64,000 nt of DNA from Eimeria praecox (lineage: Eukaryota): positions 682,001 through 746,000 of the forward strand of contig OY986949.1 in NCBI GenBank assembly GCA_963920595.1. Direction: 5' to 3'. The notes below the pieces were generated by a model. It was not told where the DNA came from and ran no database searches. It saw only the letters and a program-made list of their open reading frames with translations. The stretch's first letter is position 1. Each line of letters begins with the position of its first letter. This document shows, piece after piece, positions 12,510 to 25,793 of this stretch. The position numbers and the translations under genes were made by a program.

Positions 12510-15500
12510 GTGAACTTCCTCAAACGAACCAGCAGCTACCCTGGCCCTTGTCAAAGGCGCGTCATGCGCTTTCAACAGATTGCTTCCGGAGAGTCATCAC
12601 GGCAGTATGCATCTGCTTCGGGCTGGCGCACGCATGGTGAAGGGTCTAACCTTGAAGCCGAAGGAAAGATTTGTGGAGACGTTTTCCTTTTTCCGACGCC
12701 CACGCTTAGGCAACGCTGGACGGATCCACAACTATACGCATGCAGCAGCGACGAGGAATCCCAGCCTACCCACCCACATGAAATACTCGATTCCCAACCG
12801 ACCCCGACACACCTCAAAGGCGTCGTTGCAGAAGGGAAGCATCTCCACAAATCTTTTACTCGGCTTCAAGCTTCGGCTATTCACCGCAAGGTGCATGGAC
12901 CAACCTTGAAGCCCAAGGAAAGATTTGTGGAGAATCTTCCCTTCTCCGACGCCCATTCTGAGGCACCACATGACGGATCGGATCCCCAACTATACGCATC
13001 CAGCAGCGACGAAGCCGCCCAGTCTACCCACCCACCTGCAATACTCGATCCCCAACCGACCCAAACGCGACTCAACGGCGCCGTCGCAGAAGCGAAGCAT
13101 CTCCACAAATCTTTTACTCGGCTTCAAGCTTCGGCTATTCTCCTGGCCTCCGCCAGCCCCCTTCAAGCTTCGGCTATTCTCCTGGCCTCCGCCAGCCCGA
13201 AGCAGATGCATATTGCCGTGACCACTCTCCGCAAGCAACAGAAACGAGATGCAGGACCCACTCTCCACAACAAACTGACACGCCTCAGGGATGCTTCCAC
13301 GGGACACACACATCCGAAGACGTCTTCTTCTTCTGTCCATTGCTAAATGCTCCTCAGCAGCGCGAAAACGACCCTCTCGGTGCAAACCATACGCAGCAGT
13401 GGCGCGCATCCATCAAACATTCAACCAGGCCCCGCTATTCCAGTGCCACTACCAAAACCCACTCCGCAGCGAAGAAGCCTCCAAGCACTAGGTGAACTTC
13501 CTCAAACGAACCAGCAGCTACCCTGGCCCTTGTCAAAGCCGCGTCATGCGCTTTCAACAGATTGCTTCCGGAGAGTCATCACGGCAGAGTATGCATCTGC
13601 TTCGGGCTGGCACACGCATGGTGAAGGGTCTAACCTTGAAGCCGAAGGAAAGATTTGTGGAGACGTTTTCCTTTTCCCGACGCCCACGCTTAGGCAACGC
13701 TGGACGGATCCACAACTATACGCATGCAGCAGCGACGAGGAATCCCAGCCTACCCACCCACATGAAATACTCGATTCCCAACCGACCCCGACACACCTCA
13801 AAGGCGTCGTTGCAGAAGGGAAGCATCTCCACAAATCTTTTACTCGGCTTCAAGCTTCGGCTATTCACCGCAAGGTGCATGGACCAACCTTGAAGCCGAA
13901 GGAAAGATTTGTGGAGAATCTTCCCTTCTCCGACGCCCATTCTGAGGCACCACTTGACGGATCGGATCCCCAACTATACGCATCCAGCAGCGACGAAGCC
14001 GCCCAGTCTACCCACCCACCTGCAATACTCGATCCCCAACCGACCCAAACGCGACTCAACGGCGCCGTCGCAGAAGCGAAGCATCTCCACAAATCTTTTA
14101 CTCGGCTTCAAGCTTCGGCTATTCTCCTGGCCTCCGCCAGCCCGAAGCAGATGCATATTGCCGTGACCACTCTCCGCAAGCAACAGAAACGAGATGCAGG
14201 ACCCACTCTCCACAACAAACTGACACGCCTCAGGGATGCTTCCACGGGACACACACATCCGAAGACGTCTTCTTCTTCTGTCCATTGCTAAATGCTCCTC
14301 AGCAGCGCGAAAACGACCCTCTCGGTGCAACCCATACGCAGCAGTGGCGCGCATCCATCAAACATTCAACCAGGCCCCGCTATTCCAGTGCCACTACCAA
14401 AACCCACTCCGCAGCGAAGAAGCCTCCAAGCACTAGGTGAACTTCCTCAAACGAACCAGCAGCTACCCTGGCCCTTGTCAAAGGCGCGTCATGCGCTTTC
14501 AACAGATTGCTTCCGGAGAGTCATCACGGCAGTATGCATCTGCTTCGGGCTGGCGCACGCATGGTGAAGGGTCTAACCTTGAAGCCGAAGGAAAGATTTG
14601 TGGAGACGTTTTCCTTTTCCCGACGCCCACGCTTAGGCAACGCTGGACGGATCCACAACTATACGCATGCAGCAGCGACGAGGAATCCCAGCCTACCCAC
14701 CCACATGAAATACTCGATTCCCAACCGACCCCGACACACCTCAACGGCGTCGTTGCAGAAGGGAAGCATCTCCACAAATCTTTTACTCGGCTTCAAGCTT
14801 CGGCTATTCACCGCAAGGTGCATGGACCAACCTTGAAGCCCAAGGAAAGATTTGTGGAGAATCTTCCCTTCTCCGACGCCCATTCTGAGGCACCACTTGA
14901 CGGATCGGATCCCCAACTATACGCATCCAGCAGCGACGAAGCCGCCCAGTCTACCCACCCACCTGCAATACTCGATCCCCAACCGACCCAAACGCGACTC
15001 AACGGCGCCGTCGCAGAAGCCAAGCATCTCCACAAATCTTTTACTCGGCTTCAAGCTTCGGCTATTCTCCTGGCCTGCGCCAGCCCGAAGCAGATGCATA
15101 TTGCCGTGACCACTCTCCGCAAGCAACAGAAACGAGATGCAGGACCCACTCTCCACAACAAACTGACACGCCTCAGGGATGCTTCCACGGGACACACACA
15201 TCCGAAGACGTCTTCTTCTTCTGTCCATTGCTAAATGCTCCTCAGCAGCGCGAAAACGACCCTCTCGGTGCAAACCATACGCAGCAGTGGCGCGCATCCA
15301 TCAAACATTCAACCAGGCCCCGCTATTCCAGTGCCACTACCAAAACCCACTCCGCAGCGAAGAAGCCTCCAAGCACTAGGTGAACTTCCTCAAACGAACC
15401 AGCAGCTACCCTGGCCCTTGTCAAAGGCGCGTCATGCGCTTTCAACAGATTGCTTCCGGAGAGTCATCACGGCAGTATGCATCTGCTTCGGGCTGGCACA

Positions 15501-18500
15501 CGCATGGTGAAGGGTCTAACCTTGAAGCCGAAGGAAAGATTTGTGGAGACGTTTTCCTTTTCCCGACGCCCACGCTTAGGCAACGCTGGACGGATCCACA
15601 ACTATACGCATGCAGCAGCGACGAGGAATCCCAGCCTACCCACCCACATGAAATACTCGATTCCCAACCGACCCCGACACACCTCAAAGGCGTCGTTGCA
15701 GAAGGGAAGCATCTCCACAAATCTTTTACTCGGCTTCAAGCTTCGGCTATTCACCGCAAGGTGCATGGACCAACCTTGAAGCCGAAGGAAAGATTTGTGG
15801 AGAATCTTCCCTTCTCCGACGCCCATTCTGAGGCACCACTTGACGGATCGGATCCCCAACTATACGCATCCAGCAGCGACGAAGCCGCCCAGTCTACCCA
15901 CCCACCTGCAATACTCGATCCCCAACCGACCCAAACGCGACTCAACGGCGCCGTCGCAGAAGCCAAGCATCTCCACAAATCTTTTACTCGGCTTCAAGCT
16001 TCGGCTATTCTCCTGGCCTCCGCCAGCCCGAAGCAGATGCATATTGCCGTGACCACTCTCCGCAAGCAACAGAAACGAGATGCAGGACCCACTCTCCACA
16101 ACAAACTGACACGCCTCAGGGATGCTTCCACGGGACACACACATCCGAAGACGTCTTCTTCTTCTGTCCATTGCTAAATGCTCCTCAGCAGCGCGAAAAC
16201 GACCCTCTCGGTGCAAACCATACGCAGCAGTGGCGCGCATCCATCAAACATTCAACCAGGCCCCGCTATTCCAGTGCCACTACCAAAACCCACTCCGCAG
16301 CGAAGAAGCCTCCAAGCACTAGGTGAACTTCCTCAAACGAACCAGCAGCTACCCTGGCCCTTGTCAAAGGCGCGTCATGCGCTTTCAACAGATTGCTTCC
16401 GGAGAGTCATCACGGCAGTATGCATCTGCTTCGGGCTGGCACACGCATGGTGAAGGGTCTAACCTTGAAGCCGAAGGAAAGATTTGTGGAGACGTTTTCC
16501 TTTTCCCGACGCCCACGCTTAGGCAACGCTGGACGGATCCACAACTATACGCATGCAGCAGCGACGAGGAATCCCAGCCTACCCACCCACATGAAATACT
16601 CGATTCCCAACCGACCCCGACACACCTCAAAGGCGTCGTTGCAGAAGGGAAGCATCTCCACAAATCTTTTACTCGGCTTCAAGCTTCGGCTATTCACCGC
16701 AAGGTGCATGGACCAACCTTGAAGCCGAAGGAAAGATTTGTGGAGAATCTTCCCTTCTCCGACGCCCATTCTGAGGCACCACTTGACGGATCGGATCCCC
16801 AACTATACGCATCCAGCAGCGACGAAGCCGCCCAGTCTACCCACCCACCTGCAATACTCGATCCCCAACCGACCCAAACGCGACTCAACGGCGTCGTCGC
16901 AGAAGCCAAGCATCTCCACAAATCTTTTACTCGGCTTCAAGCTTCGGCTATTCTCCTGGCCTCCGCCAGCCCGAAGCAGATGCATATTGCCGTGACCACT
17001 CTCCGCAAGCAACAGAAACGAGATGCAGGACCCACTCTCCACAACAAACTGACACGCCACAGGGATGCTTCCACGGGACACACACATCCGAAGACGTCTT
17101 CTTCTTCTGTCCATTGCTAAATGCTCCTCAGCAGCGCGAAAACGACCCTCTCGGTGCAAACCATACGCAGCAGTGGCGCGCATCCATCAAACATTCAACC
17201 AGGCCCCGCTATTCCAGTGCCACTACCAAAACCCACTCCGCAGCGAAGAAGCCTCCAAGCACTAGGTGAACTTCCTCAAACGAACCAGCAGCTACCCTGG
17301 CCCTTGTCAAAGGCGCGTCATGCGCTTTCAACAGATTGCTTCCGGAGAGTCATCGCGGCAGTATGCATCTGCTTCGGGCTGGCGCACGCATGGTGAAGGG
17401 TCTAACCTTGAAGCCGAAGGAAAGATTTGTGGAGACGTTTTCCTTTTCCCGACGCCCACGCTTAGGCAACGCTGGACGGATCCACAACTATACGCATGCA
17501 GCAGCGACGAGGAATCCCAGCCTACCCACCCACATGAAATACTCGATTCCCAACCGACCCCGACACACCTCAAAGGCGTCGTTGCAGAAGGGAAGCATCT
17601 CCACAAATCTTTTACTCGGCTTCAAGCTTCGGCTATTCACCGCAAGGTGCATGGACCAACCTTGAAGCCCAAGGAAAGATTTGTGGAGAATCTTCCCTTC
17701 TCCGACGCCCATTCTGAGGCACCACTTGACGGATCGGATCCCCAACTATACGCATCCAGCAGCGACGAAGCCGCCCAGTCTACCCACCCACCTGCAATAC
17801 TCGATCCCCAACCGACCCAAACGCGACTCAACGGCGTCGTCGCAGAAGCGAAGCATCTCCACAAATCTTTTACTCGGCTTCAAGCTTCGGCTATTCTCCT
17901 GGCCTGCGCCAGCCCGAAGCAGATGCATATTGCCGTGACCACTCTCCGCAAGCAACAGAAACGAGATGCAGGACCCACTCTCCACAACAAACTGACACGC
18001 CTCAGGGATGCTTCCACGGGACACACACATCCGAAGACGTCTTCTTCTTCTGTCCATTGCTAAATGCTCCTCAGCAGCGCGAAAACGACCCTCTCGGTGC
18101 AAACCATACGCAGCAGTGGCGCGCATCCATCAAACATTCAACCAGGCCCCGCTATTCCAGTGCCACTACCAAAACGCACTCCGCAGCGAAGAAGCCTCCA
18201 AGCACTAGGTGAACTTCCTCAAACGAACCAGCAGCTACCCTGGCCCTTGTCAAAGGCGCGTCATGCGCTTTCAACAGATTGCTTCCGGAGAGTCATCACG
18301 GCAGTATGCATCTGCTTCGGGCTGGCACACGCATGGTGAAGGGTCTAACCTTGAAGCCGAAGGAAAGATTTGTGGAGACGTTTTCCTTTTCCCGACGCCC
18401 ACGCTTAGGCAACGCTGGACGGATCCACAACTATACGCATGCAGCAGCGACGAGGAATCCCAGCCTACCCACCCACATGAAATACTCGATTCCCAACCGA

Positions 18501-21500
18501 CCCCGACACACCTCAAAGGCGTCGTTGCAGAAGGGAAGCATCTCCACAAATCTTTTACTCGGCTTCAAGCTTCGGCTATTCACCGCAAGGTGCATGGACC
18601 AACCTTGAAGCCCAAGGAAAGATTTGTGGAGAATCTTCCCTTCTCCGACGCCCATTCTGAGGCACCACTTGACGGATCGGATCCCCAACTATACGCATCC
18701 AGCAGCGACGAAGCCGCCCAGTCTACCCACCCACCTGCAATACTCGATCCCCAACCGACCCAAACGCGACTCAACGGCGTCGTCGCAGAAGCGAAGCATC
18801 TCCACAAATCTTTTACTCGGCTTCAAGCTTCGGCTATTCTCCTGGCCTGCGCCAGCCCGAAGCAGATGCATATTGCCGTGACCACTCTCCGCAAGCAACA
18901 GAAACGAGATGCAGGACCCACTCTCCACAACAAACTGACACGCCTCAGGGATGCTTCCACGGGACACACACATCCGAAGACGTCTTCTTCTTCTGTCCAT
19001 TGCTAAATGCTCCTCAGCAGCGCGAAAACGACCCTCTCGGTGCAAACCATACGCAGCAGTGGCGCGCATCCATCAAACATTCAACCAGGCCCCGCTATTC
19101 CAGTGCCACTACCAAAACCCACTCCGCAGCGAAGAAGCCTCCAAGCACTAGGTGAACTTCCTCAAACGAACCAGCAGCTACCCTGGCCCTTGTCAAAGGC
19201 GCGTCATGCGCTTTCAACAGATTGCTTCCGGAGAGTCATCACGGCAGTATGCATCTGCTTCGGGCTGGCGCACGCATGGTGAAGGGTCTAACCTTGAAGC
19301 CGAAGGAAAGATTTGTGGAGACGTTTTCCTTTTTCCGACGCCCACGCTTAGGCAACGCTGGACGGATCCACAACTATACGCATGCAGCAGCGACGAGGAA
19401 TCCCAGCCTACCCACCCACATGAAATACTCGATTCCCAACCGACCCCGACACACCTCAAAGGCGTCGTTGCAGAAGGGAAGCATCTCCACAAATCTTTTA
19501 CTCGGCTTCAAGCTTCGGCTATTCACCGCAAGGTGCATGGACCAACCTTGAAGCCCAAGGAAAGATTTGTGGAGAATCTTCCCTTCTCCGACGCCCATTC
19601 TGAGGCACCACATGACGGATCGGATCCCCAACTATACGCATCCAGCAGCGACGAAGCCGCCCAGTCTACCCACCCACCTGCAATACTCGATCCCCAACCG
19701 ACCCAAACGCGACTCAACGGCGCCGTCGCAGAAGCGAAGCATCTCCACAAATCTTTTACTCGGCTTCAAGCTTCGGCTATTCTCCTGGCCTCCGCCAGCC
19801 CCCTTCAAGCTTCGGCTATTCTCCTGGCCTCCGCCAGCCCGAAGCAGATGCATATTGCCGTGACCACTCTCCGCAAGCAACAGAAACGAGATGCAGGACC
19901 CACTCTCCACAACAAACTGACACGCCTCAGGGATGCTTCCACGGGACACACACATCCGAAGACGTCTTCTTCTTCTGTCCATTGCTAAATGCTCCTCAGC
20001 AGCGCGAAAACGACCCTCTCGGTGCAAACCATACGCAGCAGTGGCGCGCATCCATCAAACATTCAACCAGGCCCCGCTATTCCAGTGCCACTACCAAAAC
20101 CCACTCCGCAGCGAAGAAGCCTCCAAGCACTAGGTGAACTTCCTCAAACGAACCAGCAGCTACCCTGGCCCTTGTCAAAGCCGCGTCATGCGCTTTCAAC
20201 AGATTGCTTCCGGAGAGTCATCACGGCAGAGTATGCATCTGCTTCGGGCTGGCACACGCATGGTGAAGGGTCTAACCTTGAAGCCGAAGGAAAGATTTGT
20301 GGAGACGTTTTCCTTTTCCCGACGCCCACGCTTAGGCAACGCTGGACGGATCCACAACTATACGCATGCAGCAGCGACGAGGAATCCCAGCCTACCCACC
20401 CACATGAAATACTCGATTCCCAACCGACCCCGACACACCTCAAAGGCGTCGTTGCAGAAGGGAAGCATCTCCACAAATCTTTTACTCGGCTTCAAGCTTC
20501 GGCTATTCACCGCAAGGTGCATGGACCAACCTTGAAGCCGAAGGAAAGATTTGTGGAGAATCTTCCCTTCTCCGACGCCCATTCTGAGGCACCACTTGAC
20601 GGATCGGATCCCCAACTATACGCATCCAGCAGCGACGAAGCCGCCCAGTCTACCCACCCACCTGCAATACTCGATCCCCAACCGACCCAAACGCGACTCA
20701 ACGGCGCCGTCGCAGAAGCGAAGCATCTCCACAAATCTTTTACTCGGCTTCAAGCTTCGGCTATTCTCCTGGCCTCCGCCAGCCCGAAGCAGATGCATAT
20801 TGCCGTGACCACTCTCCGCAAGCAACAGAAACGAGATGCAGGACCCACTCTCCACAACAAACTGACACGCCTCAGGGATGCTTCCACGGGACACACACAT
20901 CCGAAGACGTCTTCTTCTTCTGTCCATTGCTAAATGCTCCTCAGCAGCGCGAAAACGACCCTCTCGGTGCAACCCATACGCAGCAGTGGCGCGCATCCAT
21001 CAAACATTCAACCAGGCCCCGCTATTCCAGTGCCACTACCAAAACCCACTCCGCAGCGAAGAAGCCTCCAAGCACTAGGTGAACTTCCTCAAACGAACCA
21101 GCAGCTACCCTGGCCCTTGTCAAAGGCGCGTCATGCGCTTTCAACAGATTGCTTCCGGAGAGTCATCACGGCAGTATGCATCTGCTTCGGGCTGGCGCAC
21201 GCATGGTGAAGGGTCTAACCTTGAAGCCGAAGGAAAGATTTGTGGAGACGTTTTCCTTTTTCCGACGCCCACGCTTAGGCAACGCTGGACGGATCCACAA
21301 CTATACGCATGCAGCAGCGACGAGGAATCCCAGCCTACCCACCCACATGAAATACTCGATTCCCAACCGACCCCGACACACCTCAACGGCGTCGTTGCAG
21401 AAGGGAAGCATCTCCACAAATCTTTTACTCGGCTTCAAGCTTCGGCTATTCACCGCAAGGTGCATGGACCAACCTTGAAGCCCAAGGAAAGATTTGTGGA

Positions 21501-24500
21501 GAATCTTCCCTTCTCCGACGCCCATTCTGAGGCACCACTTGACGGATCGGATCCCCAACTATACGCATCCAGCAGCGACGAAGCCGCCCAGTCTACCCAC
21601 CCACCTGCAATACTCGATCCCCAACCGACCCAAACGCGACTCAACGGCGCCGTCGCAGAAGCCAAGCATCTCCACAAATCTTTTACTCGGCTTCAAGCTT
21701 CGGCTATTCTCCTGGCCTGCGCCAGCCCGAAGCAGATGCATATTGCCGTGACCACTCTCCGCAAGCAACAGAAACGAGATGCAGGACCCACTCTCCACAA
21801 CAAACTGACACGCCTCAGGGATGCTTCCACGGGACACACACATCCGAAGACGTCTTCTTCTTCTGTCCATTGCTAAATGCTCCTCAGCAGCGCGAAAACG
21901 ACCCTCTCGGTGCAAACCATACGCAGCAGTGGCGCGCATCCATCAAACATTCAACCAGGCCCCGCTATTCCAGTGCCACTACCAAAACCCACTCCGCAGC
22001 GAAGAAGCCTCCAAGCACTAGGTGAACTTCCTCAAACGAACCAGCAGCTACCCTGGCCCTTGTCAAAGGCGCGTCATGCGCTTTCAACAGATTGCTTCCG
22101 GAGAGTCATCACGGCAGTATGCATCTGCTTCGGGCTGGCACACGCATGGTGAAGGGTCTAACCTTGAAGCCGAAGGAAAGATTTGTGGAGACGTTTTCCT
22201 TTTCCCGACGCCCACGCTTAGGCAACGCTGGACGGATCCACAACTATACGCATGCAGCAGCGACGAGGAATCCCAGCCTACCCACCCACATGAAATACTC
22301 GATTCCCAACCGACCCCGACACACCTCAAAGGCGTCGTTGCAGAAGGGAAGCATCTCCACAAATCTTTTACTCGGCTTCAAGCTTCGGCTATTCACCGCA
22401 AGGTGCATGGACCAACCTTGAAGCCGAAGGAAAGATTTGTGGAGAATCTTCCCTTCTCCGACGCCCATTCTGAGGCACCACTTGACGGATCGGATCCCCA
22501 ACTATACGCATCCAGCAGCGACGAAGCCGCCCAGTCTACCCACCCACCTGCAATACTCGATCCCCAACCGACCCAAACGCGACTCAACGGCGCCGTCGCA
22601 GAAGCCAAGCATCTCCACAAATCTTTTACTCGGCTTCAAGCTTCGGCTATTCTCCTGGCCTCCGCCAGCCCGAAGCAGATGCATATTGCCGTGACCACTC
22701 TCCGCAAGCAACAGAAACGAGATGCAGGACCCACTCTCCACAACAAACTGACACGCCTCAGGGATGCTTCCACGGGACACACACATCCGAAGACGTCTTC
22801 TTCTTCTGTCCATTGCTAAATGCTCCTCAGCAGCGCGAAAACGACCCTCTCGGTGCAAACCATACGCAGCAGTGGCGCGCATCCATCAAACATTCAACCA
22901 GGCCCCGCTATTCCAGTGCCACTACCAAAACCCACTCCGCAGCGAAGAAGCCTCCAAGCACTAGGTGAACTTCCTCAAACGAACCAGCAGCTACCCTGGC
23001 CCTTGTCAAAGGCGCGTCATGCGCTTTCAACAGATTGCTTCCGGAGAGTCATCACGGCAGTATGCATCTGCTTCGGGCTGGCACACGCATGGTGAAGGGT
23101 CTAACCTTGAAGCCGAAGGAAAGATTTGTGGAGACGTTTTCCTTTTCCCGACGCCCACGCTTAGGCAACGCTGGACGGATCCACAACTATACGCATGCAG
23201 CAGCGACGAGGAATCCCAGCCTACCCACCCACATGAAATACTCGATTCCCAACCGACCCCGACACACCTCAAAGGCGTCGTTGCAGAAGGGAAGCATCTC
23301 CACAAATCTTTTACTCGGCTTCAAGCTTCGGCTATTCACCGCAAGGTGCATGGACCAACCTTGAAGCCGAAGGAAAGATTTGTGGAGAATCTTCCCTTCT
23401 CCGACGCCCATTCTGAGGCACCACTTGACGGATCGGATCCCCAACTATACGCATCCAGCAGCGACGAAGCCGCCCAGTCTACCCACCCACCTGCAATACT
23501 CGATCCCCAACCGACCCAAACGCGACTCAACGGCGCCGTCGCAGAAGCGAAGCATCTCCACAAATCTTTTACTCGGCTTCAAGCTTCGGCTATTCTCCTG
23601 GCCTCCGCCAGCCCGAAGCAGATGCATATTGCCGTGACCACTCTCCGCAAGCAACAGAAACGAGATGCAGGACCCACTCTCCACAACAAACTGACACGCC
23701 ACAGGGATGCTTCCACGGGACACACACATCCGAAGACGTCTTCTTCTTCTGTCCATTGCTAAATGCTCCTCAGCAGCGCGAAAACGACCCTCTCGGTGCA
23801 AACCATACGCAGCAGTGGCGCGCATCCATCAAACATTCAACCAGGCCCCGCTATTCCAGTGCCACTACCAAAACCCACTCCGCAGCGAAGAAGCCTCCAA
23901 GCACTAGGTGAACTTCCTCAAACGAACCAGCAGCTACCCTGGCCCTTGTCAAAGGCGCGTCATGCGCTTTCAACAGATTGCTTCCGGAGAGTCATCGCGG
24001 CAGTATGCATCTGCTTCGGGCTGGCGCACGCATGGTGAAGGGTCTAACCTTGAAGCCGAAGGAAAGATTTGTGGAGACGTTTTCCTTTTCCCGACGCCCA
24101 CGCTTAGGCAACGCTGGACGGATCCACAACTATACGCATGCAGCAGCGACGAGGAATCCCAGCCTACCCACCCACATGAAATACTCGATTCCCAACCGAC
24201 CCCGACACACCTCAAAGGCGTCGTTGCAGAAGGGAAGCATCTCCACAAATCTTTTACTCGGCTTCAAGCTTCGGCTATTCACCGCAAGGTGCATGGACCA
24301 ACCTTGAAGCCCAAGGAAAGATTTGTGGAGAATCTTCCCTTCTCCGACGCCCATTCTGAGGCACCACTTGACGGATCGGATCCCCAACTATACGCATCCA
24401 GCAGCGACGAAGCCGCCCAGTCTACCCACCCACCTGCAATACTCGATCCCCAACCGACCCAAACGCGACTCAACGGCGTCGTCGCAGAAGCGAAGCATCT

Positions 24501-25793
24501 CCACAAATCTTTTACTCGGCTTCAAGCTTCGGCTATTCTCCTGGCCTGCGCCAGCCCGAAGCAGATGCATATTGCCGTGACCACTCTCCGCAAGCAACAG
24601 AAACGAGATGCAGGACCCACTCTCCACAACAAACTGACACGCCTCAGGGATGCTTCCACGGGACACACACATCCGAAGACGTCTTCTTCTTCTGTCCATT
24701 GCTAAATGCTCCTCAGCAGCGCGAAAACGACCCTCTCGGTGCAAACCATACGCAGCAGTGGCGCGCATCCATCAAACATTCAACCAGGCCCCGCTATTCC
24801 AGTGCCACTACCAAAACGCACTCCGCAGCGAAGAAGCCTCCAAGCACTAGGTGAACTTCCTCAAACGAACCAGCAGCTACCCTGGCCCTTGTCAAAGGCG
24901 CGTCATGCGCTTTCAACAGATTGCTTCCGGAGAGTCATCACGGCAGTATGCATCTGCTTCGGGCTGGCACACGCATGGTGAAGGGTCTAACCTTGAAGCC
25001 GAAGGAAAGATTTGTGGAGACGTTTTCCTTTTCCCGACGCCCACGCTTAGGCAACGCTGGACGGATCCACAACTATACGCATGCAGCAGCGACGAGGAAT
25101 CCCAGCCTACCCACCCACATGAAATACTCGATTCCCAACCGACCCCGACACACCTCAAAGGCGTCGTTGCAGAAGGGAAGCATCTCCACAAATCTTTTAC
25201 TCGGCTTCAAGCTTCGGCTATTCACCGCAAGGTGCATGGACCAACCTTGAAGCCCAAGGAAAGATTTGTGGAGAATCTTCCCTTCTCCGACGCCCATTCT
25301 GAGGCACCACTTGACGGATCGGATCCCCAACTATACGCATCCAGCAGCGACGAAGCCGCCCAGTCTACCCACCCACCTGCAATACTCGATCCCCAACCGA
25401 CCCAAACGCGACTCAACGGCGTCGTCGCAGAAGCGAAGCATCTCCACAAATCTTTTACTCGGCTTCAAGCTTCGGCTATTCTCCTGGCCTCCGCCAGCCC
25501 GAAGCAGATGCATATTGCCGTGACCACTCTCCGCAAGCAACAGAAACGAGATGCAGGACCCACTCTCCACAACAAACTGACACGCCACAGGGATGCTTCC
25601 ACGGGACACACACATCCGAAGACGTCTTCTTCTTCTGTCCATTGCTAAATGCTCCTCAGCAGCGCGAAAACGACCCTCTCGGTGCAACCCATACGCAGCA
25701 GTGGCGCGCATCCATCAAACATTCAACCAGGCCCCGCTATTCCAGTGCCACTACCAAAACCCACTCCGCAGCGAAGAAGCCTCCAAGCACTAG
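12510..25793. repeat. Higher-order repeat: 7-unit block (6642 bp) duplicated in tandem
   Basis: The 982, 945, 5x943 spacing pattern and most diagnostic SNPs recur at an offset of 6642 bp. Confidence 0.88.
13122..13199 (+). repeat. 39-bp tandem duplication inside 982-bp variant units (also 19764-19841 and 29235-29312)
   Basis: CTTCAAGCTTCGGCTATTCTCCTGGCCTCCGCCAGCCC[C/G] occurs twice in tandem. Confidence 0.96.

Noticed and set aside
13347..14291. 314-aa fused ORF (also 19989-20933)
   Set aside because: Produced by a 2-bp AG insertion that joins two spurious ORFs.
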